Shown here piece after piece: positions 26,408-37,080 of a stretch of 64,000 nucleotides of DNA. Source of the stretch: Mobula hypostoma (Eukaryota); NCBI RefSeq assembly GCF_963921235.1, contig NC_086122.1, positions 33,356,001 through 33,420,000 on the forward strand. Reading direction: 5' to 3'. Made by a program: the position numbers and the translations under genes. The notes below the pieces were generated by a model that made no database searches, was not told the DNA's origin, and saw only the letters and a list, made by a program, of their open reading frames with translations. Positions within the stretch are counted from its first letter, which is position 1; each line of letters opens with the position of its first letter.

Positions 26408-26616
26408 AGGGATAACACCATCAAAGTTGCTGGTGAACGCAGCAGGCCAGGCAGCATCTCTAGGAAAAGGCACAGTCGACGAAGGGTCTCGGCCTGAAAC
26501 GTCGACTGTACCTCTTCCTAGAGATGCTGCCTGGCCTGCTGCGTTCACCAGCAACTTTTATGTGTGTTGCTCGAAATTCCAGCATCTGCAGAATTCCTCG
26601 TGTTTGAGGGATAACA
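26408..26616 (+). mobile_element. Fold-back Penelope-like insertion with 10-bp TSD
   Basis: AGGGATAACA at 26408-26417 and 26607-26616; 58-bp inverted arms 26423-26480 and 26501-26558 with 2 mismatches. Confidence 0.8.
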
Positions 26617-26779
26617 TTATCTGGCGTGGCCAGAGGGCTGGATTGGGCACTTGATGTGATAGAATAAAGACTGCGGATGGCATGGAATGTGTGGACGTGA
26701 CCAGAGCAAACACCGGCACGGACCACCCGGGAGGGAGGGGGGCAGACGGAAGAAATGGGCGAGAATACTTTGGTGGTTA

Positions 26780-27500
26780 ATCAGAGACACTCTCCGGGCC
26801 GACAGCTGATCCCCGGGGACAGGTAGAGAAGGGACCCATCAGTAAATTGTCCAGAGGCGGGGGGAGGAAATCTCTCCACGTGCTGGGGCGGATTGAGCGG
26901 AAGAGACATTGTGCCTTCAAGAGAGGGACCATGCTGCCGGGGAGAGAGATAGAAAGTCGGTGCCTTTCCTCGCAGCAGGTTTACCGGGGGCGCGGTGTGC
27001 GTGTGCCGGGGGAGACGCGTGTGATCTGAGCCGGGAGGGAGGGACTCCACTCGGCCAGCGTCGCCTCCTTCCCTCATACCTGGTGCACGCCGTCTTCGTG
27101 CTGCTGGGCCATGGCGAGGAGAATGCCATCAAAACGATCCTCGGCGGCCGAGTCCCCCATGGTGTCGCGGTGGGGAGAAAAGAAATCGGGCTCCCTTCTC
27201 GCTTAGACTCAGCCGCAAGCCGTAGGCCCGGAGTCGCTCACCCGGAAGTGCTACCGCGACTGATGGACGGGCCCGTCGACCAATTGCCATACCAGCTGGG
27301 CCAGACCGCGGCCGCCGGACCAATAGAGTGCGAGTGTTTGGGATGTCGCCATGGAAACTGGAACATTCGGGAAGGGGATCCGAGAGCCCGGCCGGGAATC
27401 TTTCCCACACACGGACCGGGATTCACTTTCACCTGAGAACGTGGATGGAACGGGGGAGGAAGGCACAGGCCGGGTCACGCCAAGTGATGCAGTGACTGCA
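26780..27500 (-). promoter_or_regulatory. NUDC CpG-island promoter (ETS/GABP, CCAAT, HSE)
   Basis: CpG-rich segment spanning exon 1; CCGGAAGTG at 27242-27250; CCAAT at 27280 and 27320; gGAAcaTTCggGAAg at 27360-27374. Confidence 0.8.
27080..27160 (-). CDS. NUDC: NUDC exon 1 (MGDSAAEDRFDGILLAMAQQHEDGVHQ)
   Basis: ATG at 27160-27158 inside a CpG island; matches the NudC N-terminus (RFDGxLLAMAQQHE); donor CAG|GTATGA; 81 nt, phase 0. Confidence 0.96.
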
Positions 27501-30500
27501 TTGACCCCGAAACTCGTGATATAACCACGAGAAAGTATTAAATAGACAGAACTGCAATCACCGGAATAGGTGACTGCGGTTTGCTGCGGTGAACTTAGAA
27601 CAGGTTAAAAAAATAATATATTTGCAGGTAGGTTAAGAACACGGGCAGTGTGCAGATAAACTTAATGGATTGAAATGGAAGCAGAAAATGCTGGGAAGCT
27701 GAGCAGGTCGATTAGCGTTTGCAGGAAGGCGAACAGTCAACGATTCGGAGGTGTGAACCTTCGTCAGGCCGGGGAGGAGAGAACTGTTTAATTTACAGCA
27801 CAACACGAGAGAAGGCGAGGGGAAGGGGGTGACTGTGAAAAGGATTGGTTGAAATAGCCCAACGCAAACTGTTCCAGCTATTAGGTCTGTAGAATGAGGT
27901 AGTAACAGTAAGGCGTTGGTCATTTGCTTAGGTTGTCCAGCATTTTCCATCTTATGGTTTTCTTTTTTTTTTTATCATAGAGCAGTACAGCACAGAAAAA
28001 GGCCCTGCAGCCCACAATGTTGTGCCAAGCCAATTAAATCAGTAATCAAATGGCTAACTAATCTCTTCTACCTACACAATGTCAGTAGCTTTCCATTTCC
28101 CACACGTTCATGAGCCTACATTAAAGTCTCCAATGTTTCTGCCTCTACCACCACCCCAGGCAGCACATTCCAGAGCCCCACCACTCTGTGTTTTAAAAAA
28201 AAAACTTGACCCTCACTTCTCCTTTGAAATTCCCCCCTCTCACCTCAAGTGCATGCCCTCTGGTACGAGATATTGGAAAAATATATTGTCTGTCTACCCT
28301 ATCGCTGCCTCTCATACCCAGATAAACCTCTATCAGATCTCCCCTCAGCTTCCACCACTCCAAAGAAAACAACCCTAGTTTGTCCAACCTCTTGTTATAG
28401 CACATGCCCTCTAATCCAGGCAATGTCCTGCTAAACCCCTTCAAGACCCTCTCCAAAGTCTCAATAGGCCCTTCCAGCTGCCCAGCAGCTCCCCCCCCCC
28501 ACCCGCCGATTTAACCCTAGACTAGTCACAGGACAATTTGCAATGACTAGTTAACCTACCAACCAGTTTGTCTTTTTGTCTTTGGACTGTGGGAGGAAAC
28601 TGGAGCACCCAGAGGAAATCTTAACATTCCCTTAGAAGCAGGGGTGGGAATCGAACTGTACTGTAAAGCATCGTGCTAACCACCACGCTACCATGCAGCC
28701 GTGGGGGTGACCAGAATTGTATGCAATACTCCAGATGCGATCTAGGGTTTTATAAAGATACAACCTAACTTCCTGACCTTTGAACTCAACACCTCAACTA
28801 ATAAAGGCAAGTACGCCATATGCATTCTTAACCCATGTAATCACTTCCAGGGACCACAAGATCATCAGCACTTTTGAGGATATTGCCCTGGAAGTATAAA
28901 TTTAGCCTTCCAGACAAATGCCACCCCCTTGCTATTACTAAGGGAGGCAAAAATGGATCTGTCTGCATTGCGGTTGTACGAAGATTCATCAACATAATAG
29001 GGAGGGACTGTTGGGAATGAGGACAATCCACATGGTGGGATTTGGTTTTTGTGATGGAATGGGGAATAGTTGAGGTCTGCATAGGCTTGGAATTTGTGAA
29101 CCTTGTGGATTGCCACAATTAGCAAGAAGAAACAGCTTACCCCAAGTTCTGACCATAGAGGCATATTCACAGGCTCCCACAGCTCCCAGCAACCCAGTGA
29201 TCTCAGTGTCTGTGCCCAAAATGGGAGTATTCAGGAGGCATCTGGCCCTACGGGGTACCTGGCCAAGTACTGAAGACCAGTGCTTAGCAACTGGCTGGAG
29301 TGTTGACCGATATCTTTAACTGCTCACTTCAGCAGTCTAGCAGGCTTTAGTCATACTAGTGCCAAAGAAGAACAGGGTAACCTGCCTCAAAGTCTATCAT
29401 TCCAGTAGCCCTTGCATCCACTGCAGAAAAAGGCCCAAAGGATCATTGGGGAGCCAAGTCACCCCAACCATAAACTGTTCCAGCTGCTTACCATCTAGGA
29501 AACGGTACCACAGCATTAAAGCCAGGACCAACAGGCTCCAGGACAGCTTCTTCAACCGGACCATCAGACTGATCAATTCACACTGACACAATTGTATTTC
29601 TAAGCTATATTGACTGTTACGTTATATATCATACCGTACATAAAATTTATTACACATTACTGTAATTTGCACATTGCACATTCAGATGGAGACATAACAT
29701 AAAGATTTTACTCATGTATGTGAAGGATGTAAGAAATAAAGTCAATTAATTATCACAAACATGCGCAGATCTGCAGATGATGGAAATTCAAGCAACACAC
29801 ATCAAAGTTGCTGGTGAACGCAGCAGGCCAGGCAGCATCTCTAGGAAGAGGTACAGTCGATGTTTCAGGCCGAGACCCTTCATCCTGACTTGTCCTGATT
29901 AATTAATTATCATTTCAAAGGATCTTCTCTGCATCCAGCAAGTACAGGAAGTGCCATTACAAAGAAGGCATGGAGTGTCTCTACCTTTTTAGAAGTTCGT
30001 GGAGATTTGGGATGTCATCTAAAACTTCTATAGATGCATCATGGCCTGATAGAGCAAATCAATGGCCTTAAATGGAAAAGTCTACAAAAAGGAGTCTATA
30101 CGGCCCATCACAGGCAAAGCCCTCCCCACCATTGAGCACATCTACAAGGAACACTGTCACAGGAAAGCGGTATCCATGACGGACCCCCACGATACAGACT
30201 ATACTCACGGCTGCCGTCAGGGAGGAGGTACAGGAGCCGTAGATCCCATACCACCAGGTTCAGGAACAATTATTGCCCTACAACCATCAGGCTCTTGAAC
30301 CAGTGTGAATAACCTCACTCTCCTCAACACTGAACTGATTCTACAACCTATGGACTCACTTTCAAGGATTCGACAACTCATGTTCTCAATATTATTTATT
30401 ACTTATTTATCTGTTATTATTACCTTGTCTTTATATATTTGCACAATTTGTTGACTTTTGCACGTTGGTCGTTTGTCTTTTCTAGTGTGTAGCTTTTTAA

Positions 30501-30674
30501 TTGAATCTATTGTGTTTCCTTGTATTTATTGTGTATGCCCACAAAAAGATGGATCTCAAGGTTGTATATGGTGATATATTGTCCTTTGGTAATAAAATTT
30601 ACGTCAAACATTGATGCTCGGTGGCTCATGTAGAGTATTAACACTGACATGGGTCATTTTCACCAAATAGTGTA

Positions 30675-30956
30675 TTCAGTCAGTTAGTGGGCGCCGTCCC
30701 AAGTCTGGGGTTGGCAGCTATGCACCTCCATCTTCTTCGATCTTGCGACAGCACCGAGTACAGCCTCTCCTCCAGTTTGTTCTCGCTGGCCGCCTTGGCA
30801 CCGCCTGCCGCCGCCCCTGTCGAACTCGAGCCCGAGGCCGTGTTGGCCTCCAGCCGCGGCCGCTTCTTCAAGTTCAGCCCTTCCTTAGGTGGAGGCCTTG
30901 GGCAGGTCCAGGCACACGGTACAACGCCCAAGTTCATCATGTCTCTTCTAACTAGG
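30675..30956 (-). mobile_element. RTE-clade LINE 3' terminus (5'-truncated, chimeric)
   Basis: VRRDMMNLG ... PKEGLNL ... SQDRRRWR C-terminal motif, then an ACTAACTGACTGA tail also seen at ~49162-49174. Confidence 0.65.
30748..30925 (-). pseudogene. Two retroposed fragments of CYHR1/ZFTRAF1 coding sequence embedded in an RTE 3' end
   Basis: KKRPRLE...[10 protein letters not shown] (30869-30748) and [11 protein letters not shown] (30925-30891) match the recalled vertebrate CYHR1 sequence [26 protein letters not shown]; GC-rich island in AT-rich surroundings. Confidence 0.75.
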
Positions 30957-31149
30957 TGCGTAGCATAGTATTACTGACCTGTAAATCCTTTGCACTACTG
31001 TGCAATTCTGGACAAGATTGGAGTCAAGTTCAAGGTTATTGTCATGTGACTGTACATCTATACAACCAAACAAAACAATATCCCTCCAGACCACGGTGCT
31101 CCCACAAAACATATAACACACACTGCACATAAACCAAAATATTTCTATT

Positions 31150-31900
31150 GATAAGTATGGTCATGCACTTTGGTCGAAGGAACAAAAGCTCAGACTATTT
31201 TTGAAACGGGCAGATAATTTTAAAATCCGAGGTGCAAAGGGACTTGGGAATCCCGTGCAGGATTTTCTTAAAGGTTATCGTGCAGGACGAGTTGGTGGTG
31301 AGGAAGGCAAATGCAACGTTAGCGTTCATTTTGAGAGGATGAGAATATAAAACCAAGGATGTAATGCTGAGGCCTCACTTGAAGTATTGTGAGCAGTTTT
31401 GGGCCCCTTATCTGAGAAAGGATGTGCTGGCATTGGAAATTCATGAAATGATTCCTCGAATGAAAGGCTTATTATTTGAGGAGTGTTTGATAGCTCTGGG
31501 CCTGTGCTTGCTGGAATTTAGAAGAATGAGGGGGCATCTCATTGAAAGCTGTTGAATGTTGAAAGGCCTAGATAGAATGGATATGGAGAGGATACTTCCT
31601 GTGATTTGTGAGTCTAGGACCAGAGTGCACAGCCTCAGAATTGAGGGATGTCCATTTAGAATGGAGATGAAGAGGAATTTCTTTAGCCTGGGATTGGTAA
31701 GTCTATTGAATTTAATTGCCAGAGGAGGCTGTGTAGGCCAGGTCAATCGGTGTATTTAAGGCAGAATTTGATAGGTTTTTGATTAGTCAGGGCATGAAAT
31801 GTTACCAGGAGAAAGCAGAAGGGTGGAGAGGAAAAATGGATCAGCCATGATGAACTGGCTGAACAGACTTAATGGATCAAATGACCTAATTCTGCTCCCA
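31150..31900 (+). mobile_element. CR1 LINE 3' fragment
   Basis: MHFGRRN, RPHLKYCEQFWAPYLRKD, LKGLDRMD...MKRNFFS. Confidence 0.85.
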
Positions 31901-34084
31901 TCCTTTTAGTCTGTGATCTAATAGTTAATAGTCTAAAATATAATTCAAAATGTATGCAGCACAGGTCAACAGCAACAGCTCACTGTCCAAGTGAAAAGAG
32001 CTTGGTGGTGGCAGGGTAGTCTCAAAGCCTGAGGGAAGAAGCTGTTACCCAGTCTGACAGTCCTAGTCCTGATGCTCCTGTACCTCCTTCCTGATGCTAG
32101 TGGGTCAGAGAGATTGTGAGATGGGTGGTGGGGATCCTCAACAATACCTTGGGCCTTTCATCTGCAATGCTCCCTGTAAATGTCACAAATTGAGGGGAGG
32201 GGGACACCCTGTCGGTGGTTTCTACTGTCCTCTGTAGGGTCTTGTGGTCTGATATCTTGCAGCTTTGGTACCACACAATGACGTAGCCAGATAGGAAACT
32301 CTCAATAGTGCTCCTGCAGAAAGTTATTAGAATGGGGGTGGGGAGCCTTGCATGCCTCTATCTCCTCAGAATATGTTGACATTATTTTTCTTAGTGTTTC
32401 CTTCCTTCTGGCATCCGCAGGCTTTTCAAATCACTATCCTTGATGCTTTATTCATTTTAAGCATAGTAGTGTCCTACAATTGAGTCCAAGCATTATAATC
32501 TGAATAGTTTTGACATTGATTTATAAATATACTAATAAAGTTATAGCTCTAAAGGAATTATTCAGCAGGAACATATCATCGTAGACAGCGGAAAGCTGAT
32601 AGTCTTCAAGAGAGTCACATAGAGTGAGATATTTCAATGTTTTCTCACACTTCCCTCTGTCCCTGCATGGGATAGATCTGAAAGATCCCATGGCATAATT
32701 TGAAGAAGATGAAAAGGGGTTCATCATCGTACCCTTCCCAAAATCAATATCAATGAAACAGTTTTGAAGATCACTTCCCATCAGTCTGCAAGGATAAACG
32801 TAAGCTTTTAATGCCCTCCCACTTTAATTCTCTGCACTCTAAGCTCTCTATGTTCAACTTTCTGCACTGTTCCAATCATAAGTTCTCAAGGAATCTTTCT
32901 TCCTCTGTCTGGACATATTGCGGCACTTGGGATTCAATATTAACTTTAACAATTCTTTAACCATCTGTCTCAATTTGTTTATTATTTTCCTGTGCCATCT
33001 CCATCTGCTGCTTTTGGAGGATAATTAACTTGAGAACTTTGGTCTACACTTTGTCACAGACATTATTTGCACTTTATCCCTCTTCTCTCCATCCCTTAAC
33101 CTCTCACCAACTTCAAAAACTTCTTTTCTCACTCGGGAGATATTTGACTTAAAACATCAATTCTGTTTCTCTTCTCATGGATGCTGCTTGATACGTTAAG
33201 TGTTTTCAAGGTTTTCTACTTTTGTATTTGTAGTTCTGTACTCTTATTGTTTCATTACCCAAAACAGGTTATTAATTTTATTAATGATGTATGTTGTTTG
33301 CGTTTATTAATTTTATTGTCATGTTTCCAAGAGTGGAATGTTACTCTGTGTATATTGGCTGCCACTTTTCCTGCATTACAATATTGACTGCTGTGAACCT
33401 CTCCATAAGAATAAAGAATACATTTTTAGTGTAATATATTAGGTGTGAAGCAATTTATGATGTTCTTAGATTGTAAAAGGTATACAAAGGCATCCGTTAG
33501 TCTTGCAAGACCATGGATCTGTGCCTGGAAAGTCTTCACTCTCCAGGGCGCAAGCCCGGGCAAGGTTGTATGGAAGACCAGCAGTTGCCCATGCTGCAAG
33601 TCTCCCCTCTCCACGACACCGATGTTGTCCAAGGGAAGGGCATTAGGACCCATACAGCTTGGCACCTGTGTCGTTGCAGAGCAATGTGTGATTAAGTGCC
33701 TTGCTCAAGGACACAACACGTCACTTCGGCTGGGGCTTGAAATCACGACCTTCAGGTAGCTAGTCCAATGCCTCAACCACTTGGCCATGTGCTCACCAAA
33801 AGGTATACAGTACAGTATATAAATGCAAGGATTGTGTTTTTCTTATATATGCTCAACTGAACAATCAGTGGCCCAAATGATGACTGATAGTATCCCAGGT
33901 TTAATTGTTGATCAGGTAATTTCCTGGTGCATGCTTTCTGTCACAGCTGACTAGGTAACTTCTTCAGTTTTAACTTCCCTTGCACAGAAAAGTGGTGAAC
34001 CCAATTGCAGAGATAAGTCACGCAAAGTTAGAGGGAAAAAATCCAACAAGGTTTCATTAGTTTCAAAGTAAATATGCAAAAAAG

Positions 34085-35540
34085 GTAAGTCTGGGCTGCA
34101 GGTAGAGATTCTAAGTTGGAGGAAGGCCAGTTTTGATGGTATCAGAAATGATCAGGCAAATGTGGATTGGGACGGGATGTTTTCTGGTAATGGTATCCTT
34201 GGTAAGTGGGAGGCATTCAAAAGTGAAATTTTGAGAGTACAAAGCTTGTATGTGCCTGTCAGAATAAAAGGTAAAGATAACAAGTATAGGGAACTTTGTT
34301 TTTTCAAAAGATATTGAGGCCCTGGTTAAGGGAAAAAAAGGAGGTGCATAGCAGGTACGAACAAATGAGGTGCTGTGGAGTATAAGAAATGCAGGGGAAC
34401 ACTTAAGAAAGAAAGCAGGAGGGCTAAGAGAAGGTATGAGGTTGCCCTCGCAGACAAGCTTATGGAGAATCCTAAGGGATTCCTCAGGTATGTTCAGAGC
34501 AAAAGGATTGCAAGGTATAAAATTGATCCTCTGGAAGATCAGAATGGTAATCCATGTGAGGAGCCAAAAGAGAAGGGGGAGTCTTAAATAATTTTTTTCC
34601 ATCTGTATTTCCTCAGGAGACTGACACAGGGTCGACAGAAGTGAGGCAATGTGGTATCAACTTCATGGACCCTTTACAGATTATAGAGGAGGAGGAGTGT
34701 GCTGTCAGAATCAGAATCAGGTTTATTATCACCAGCGTGTGACATGAAATTTGTTAACTTAGCAGCAGCAGTTCAATGCAATACATAATATAGCAGAGAG
34801 AAAAAAAAACAATAATAAATAAAATAAAAAAAATAATAATAATAAATAAACAAGTAAGTCAATTACAGTATAAGTAAATCAGGGTGGATAAATCCCCAGG
34901 GCCTGACAGGTGTTCCCTTGGACCCTACAAGAATAACTGCAGAAATTGCTGGGGCCCTAGCAGAGATATTTAAATCATCCTTAGCGACAGAAGAGGTACC
35001 CATGGATTAGAGGATAGCCAGGGTTGTTCCTCTGTTTAAGAAAGGTTCTAAACGTTAACCAGGAAATTATGGGGTGGTGAGTTTGACAGCAGTTGTGGGA
35101 AAGTTATTGGAAGGTATTCTAAGGGATCAGATGTATGTGTTTGGATAGTTTTTCGAGGAAGTTACGAGGGAAGTAGATGAAGGCAAGACAGTCGCTGTTG
35201 CCTACATAGCATTTGAGAACGTCCAGTGTGGGAGGTTGGCCAATAGGGTTAAGTGGTTCAGCATTCAAGATGAGGTAGTAAATTGAATTAGACATTGGTT
35301 TTGTGGGAGAAGCCAGAGAGTGGCAGTAGATGTTGGCCTCTCTGACTGGAGGCCTGTGATTAGCAGAGTGCTGCAGGAATCGGTGCTGGGTCCATTGTTG
35401 TTTGTCATCTATATCAACATTCTGGATAGCAAATTTGCAGATGACCCCAAGATCGGGGGTGTAGTTGGCAGTGAGGAAGGCTACCATGGCTTGCAGAGGA
35501 ATCTGAATCAGCTGGGAAATTGGGCTGAAAAATGATAGAT
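34085..35540 (+). mobile_element. CR1 LINE ORF2 internal fragment, interrupted by a Rex-type tail
   Basis: ENPKGFLRYVQSKR, DKSPGPD, LSDWRPVISRVLQESVLGPLLFVIYIN, KFADDPKIGG. Confidence 0.8.
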
Positions 35541-35689
35541 GGAATTTAATCCTCCACCACCACCACCATCACTCCTCCAAGACTGAGAAAAGGAGGGAAG
35601 CAGGGAAGGTAGACAGGCTGCTGAGGAGACTGCATTGAGAAAGTGGTCAGGGTAAAGATACCATGCCAAGGGAGTAGGCAGGAGAAAGT

Positions 35690-36390
35690 TCAACGTTCAA
35701 AGTAAATTGTTATCAGAGTACATTGATATCACCAAATACAGCCCTGAGATTCATTTTCTTGTGGGCATACTCAATATATCTACAGCATAGTAACCAAAAC
35801 AGAATCAATGAAAGACTGCGCAACTTGGGAGTTCATCCAGAGTGCAGAAGACAAGTAGCTGTGCAAATACAAAAAGAAAGAAATAATTGTAATAACAAAT
35901 AAATAGCCAATAAATATCGAGAACCTGGGATGAGGAGTCCTTGAAAGTGAGTCCATTGGTTGTCGTAACATTTCAATGATGGGGCAAGTGAAATTGAATG
36001 AATTTATCCCCTTTAGTCGAAGAGCCTGATGGTTGAGAGGTAATAACTGTTCCTGAACCTGGTGATGTGGGTCCTGAAGTTCCTGTACCTTCTTCCTGAT
36101 GGCAGCAGCAAGAAGAGAGTATGTTCCTGGTGGTGCCTCCCATCCGGGATATGCCTCCTGCAACCACATTTTGGTTGTCCTAACGTCTGGAGCTTTACTC
36201 TTTAGCCTCTGTCTGTATGCAGGTACGTAAAGGACAGCCAAGTGATCCGATTGACCGAAATGTAGCCTGGACATGGAACAGTACACATTCCTTGTCTCAG
36301 TATAACAACAGTCTAGTGTGTTGGGACCTCCGGTGCTACAGTTTACATGCTGATGGAAATCGGGCAGGGTTTTCTTCAAACGAGCCTGGA
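35690..36390 (-). mobile_element. Rex1/Babar-type LINE fragments (endonuclease + 3' end)
   Basis: FHQHVNCSTGGPNTLDCCYT...HFGQSDHLAV joined to the abundant GGACTCACTTTCAAGGAC 3' UTR, which recurs at about 8125-8440, 19800-20000, 30060-30610, 43990-44470, 51135-51450, 55895-56210, 58595-58860. Confidence 0.7.
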
Positions 36391-36714
36391 TGGAGCTCCT
36401 GACTAGGATAATGGAGAACACCACCAAAGGAGTAACTGTATCAGCAGAGGGACTGTGCCAATGGAATGACCATATCAACTCTTAATTAACTGGCTACTTA
36501 ATTTACTAACAACTCTGGGCAGATGCTGAAGAACAATGCCTTTACCATATCTACTTTACCCTTGATATTTCTGCCTCATAGCCTTTAATACCCTTGTCCT
36601 ACCAGTGTGTTTGCCTCATATCCTTCGATACCTTTGAATAACAAAAACAAAAAAATCTGGCTTGAGAATCATCGGAGCTGGAAACTCAGTTGAGTACCCA
36701 GGTGTAGTCATTCC

Positions 36715-37080
36715 ACACCATGAACCTCCAGAATATCCTGTGTATGTTCTGGCCAAGAAAGGTCTCCAACCATGCCTACTGCTTCAGTGTCACCAAGAAG
36801 AGAACATGACCACAATCATCATGAGGAGACGCTGGAGATGGAATGGGTACCTGATGAGAAGAGAGGACAACTCCATCATCAAGACAGCACTTCAATTGAC
36901 ATCTGAAGGGCGGAGGAAATGTGGGACACCAAAGTCAACTTGTCATCATACCATAGAGGCAGAAATGAGGACCCTGAACCACACTTGGGGCACAATAGAG
37001 AAGATGGCCAAGGACAGACAGAGATGGAGGACCTTCATTCCTGTGCTAAACGCCAACGGCATAACAGGTAGTAACTAACA
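36715..37080 (+). mobile_element. RTE LINE 3' fragment
   Basis: RRRWRWNGYLMRR...EGRRKCGTPK...AKDRQRWR C-terminal RTE motifs. Confidence 0.7.

Noticed and set aside
26781-27478. Several overlapping ORFs (up to 175 aa) at the NUDC promoter
   Set aside because: Expected from stop-codon scarcity in a CpG island; no recognisable protein similarity.
30680-30940. 86-aa minus ORF (and 93-aa plus ORF) as a real gene or a CYHR1 exon
   Set aside because: Host pieces are permuted, piece B is out of frame, flanks are RTE sequence, and no other CYHR1 exons occur in the window; treated as a chimeric retrocopy.
35780-36478. 232-aa minus ORF, the longest in the track
   Set aside because: Patchwork of LINE endonuclease remnant and LINE 3' UTR read-through.
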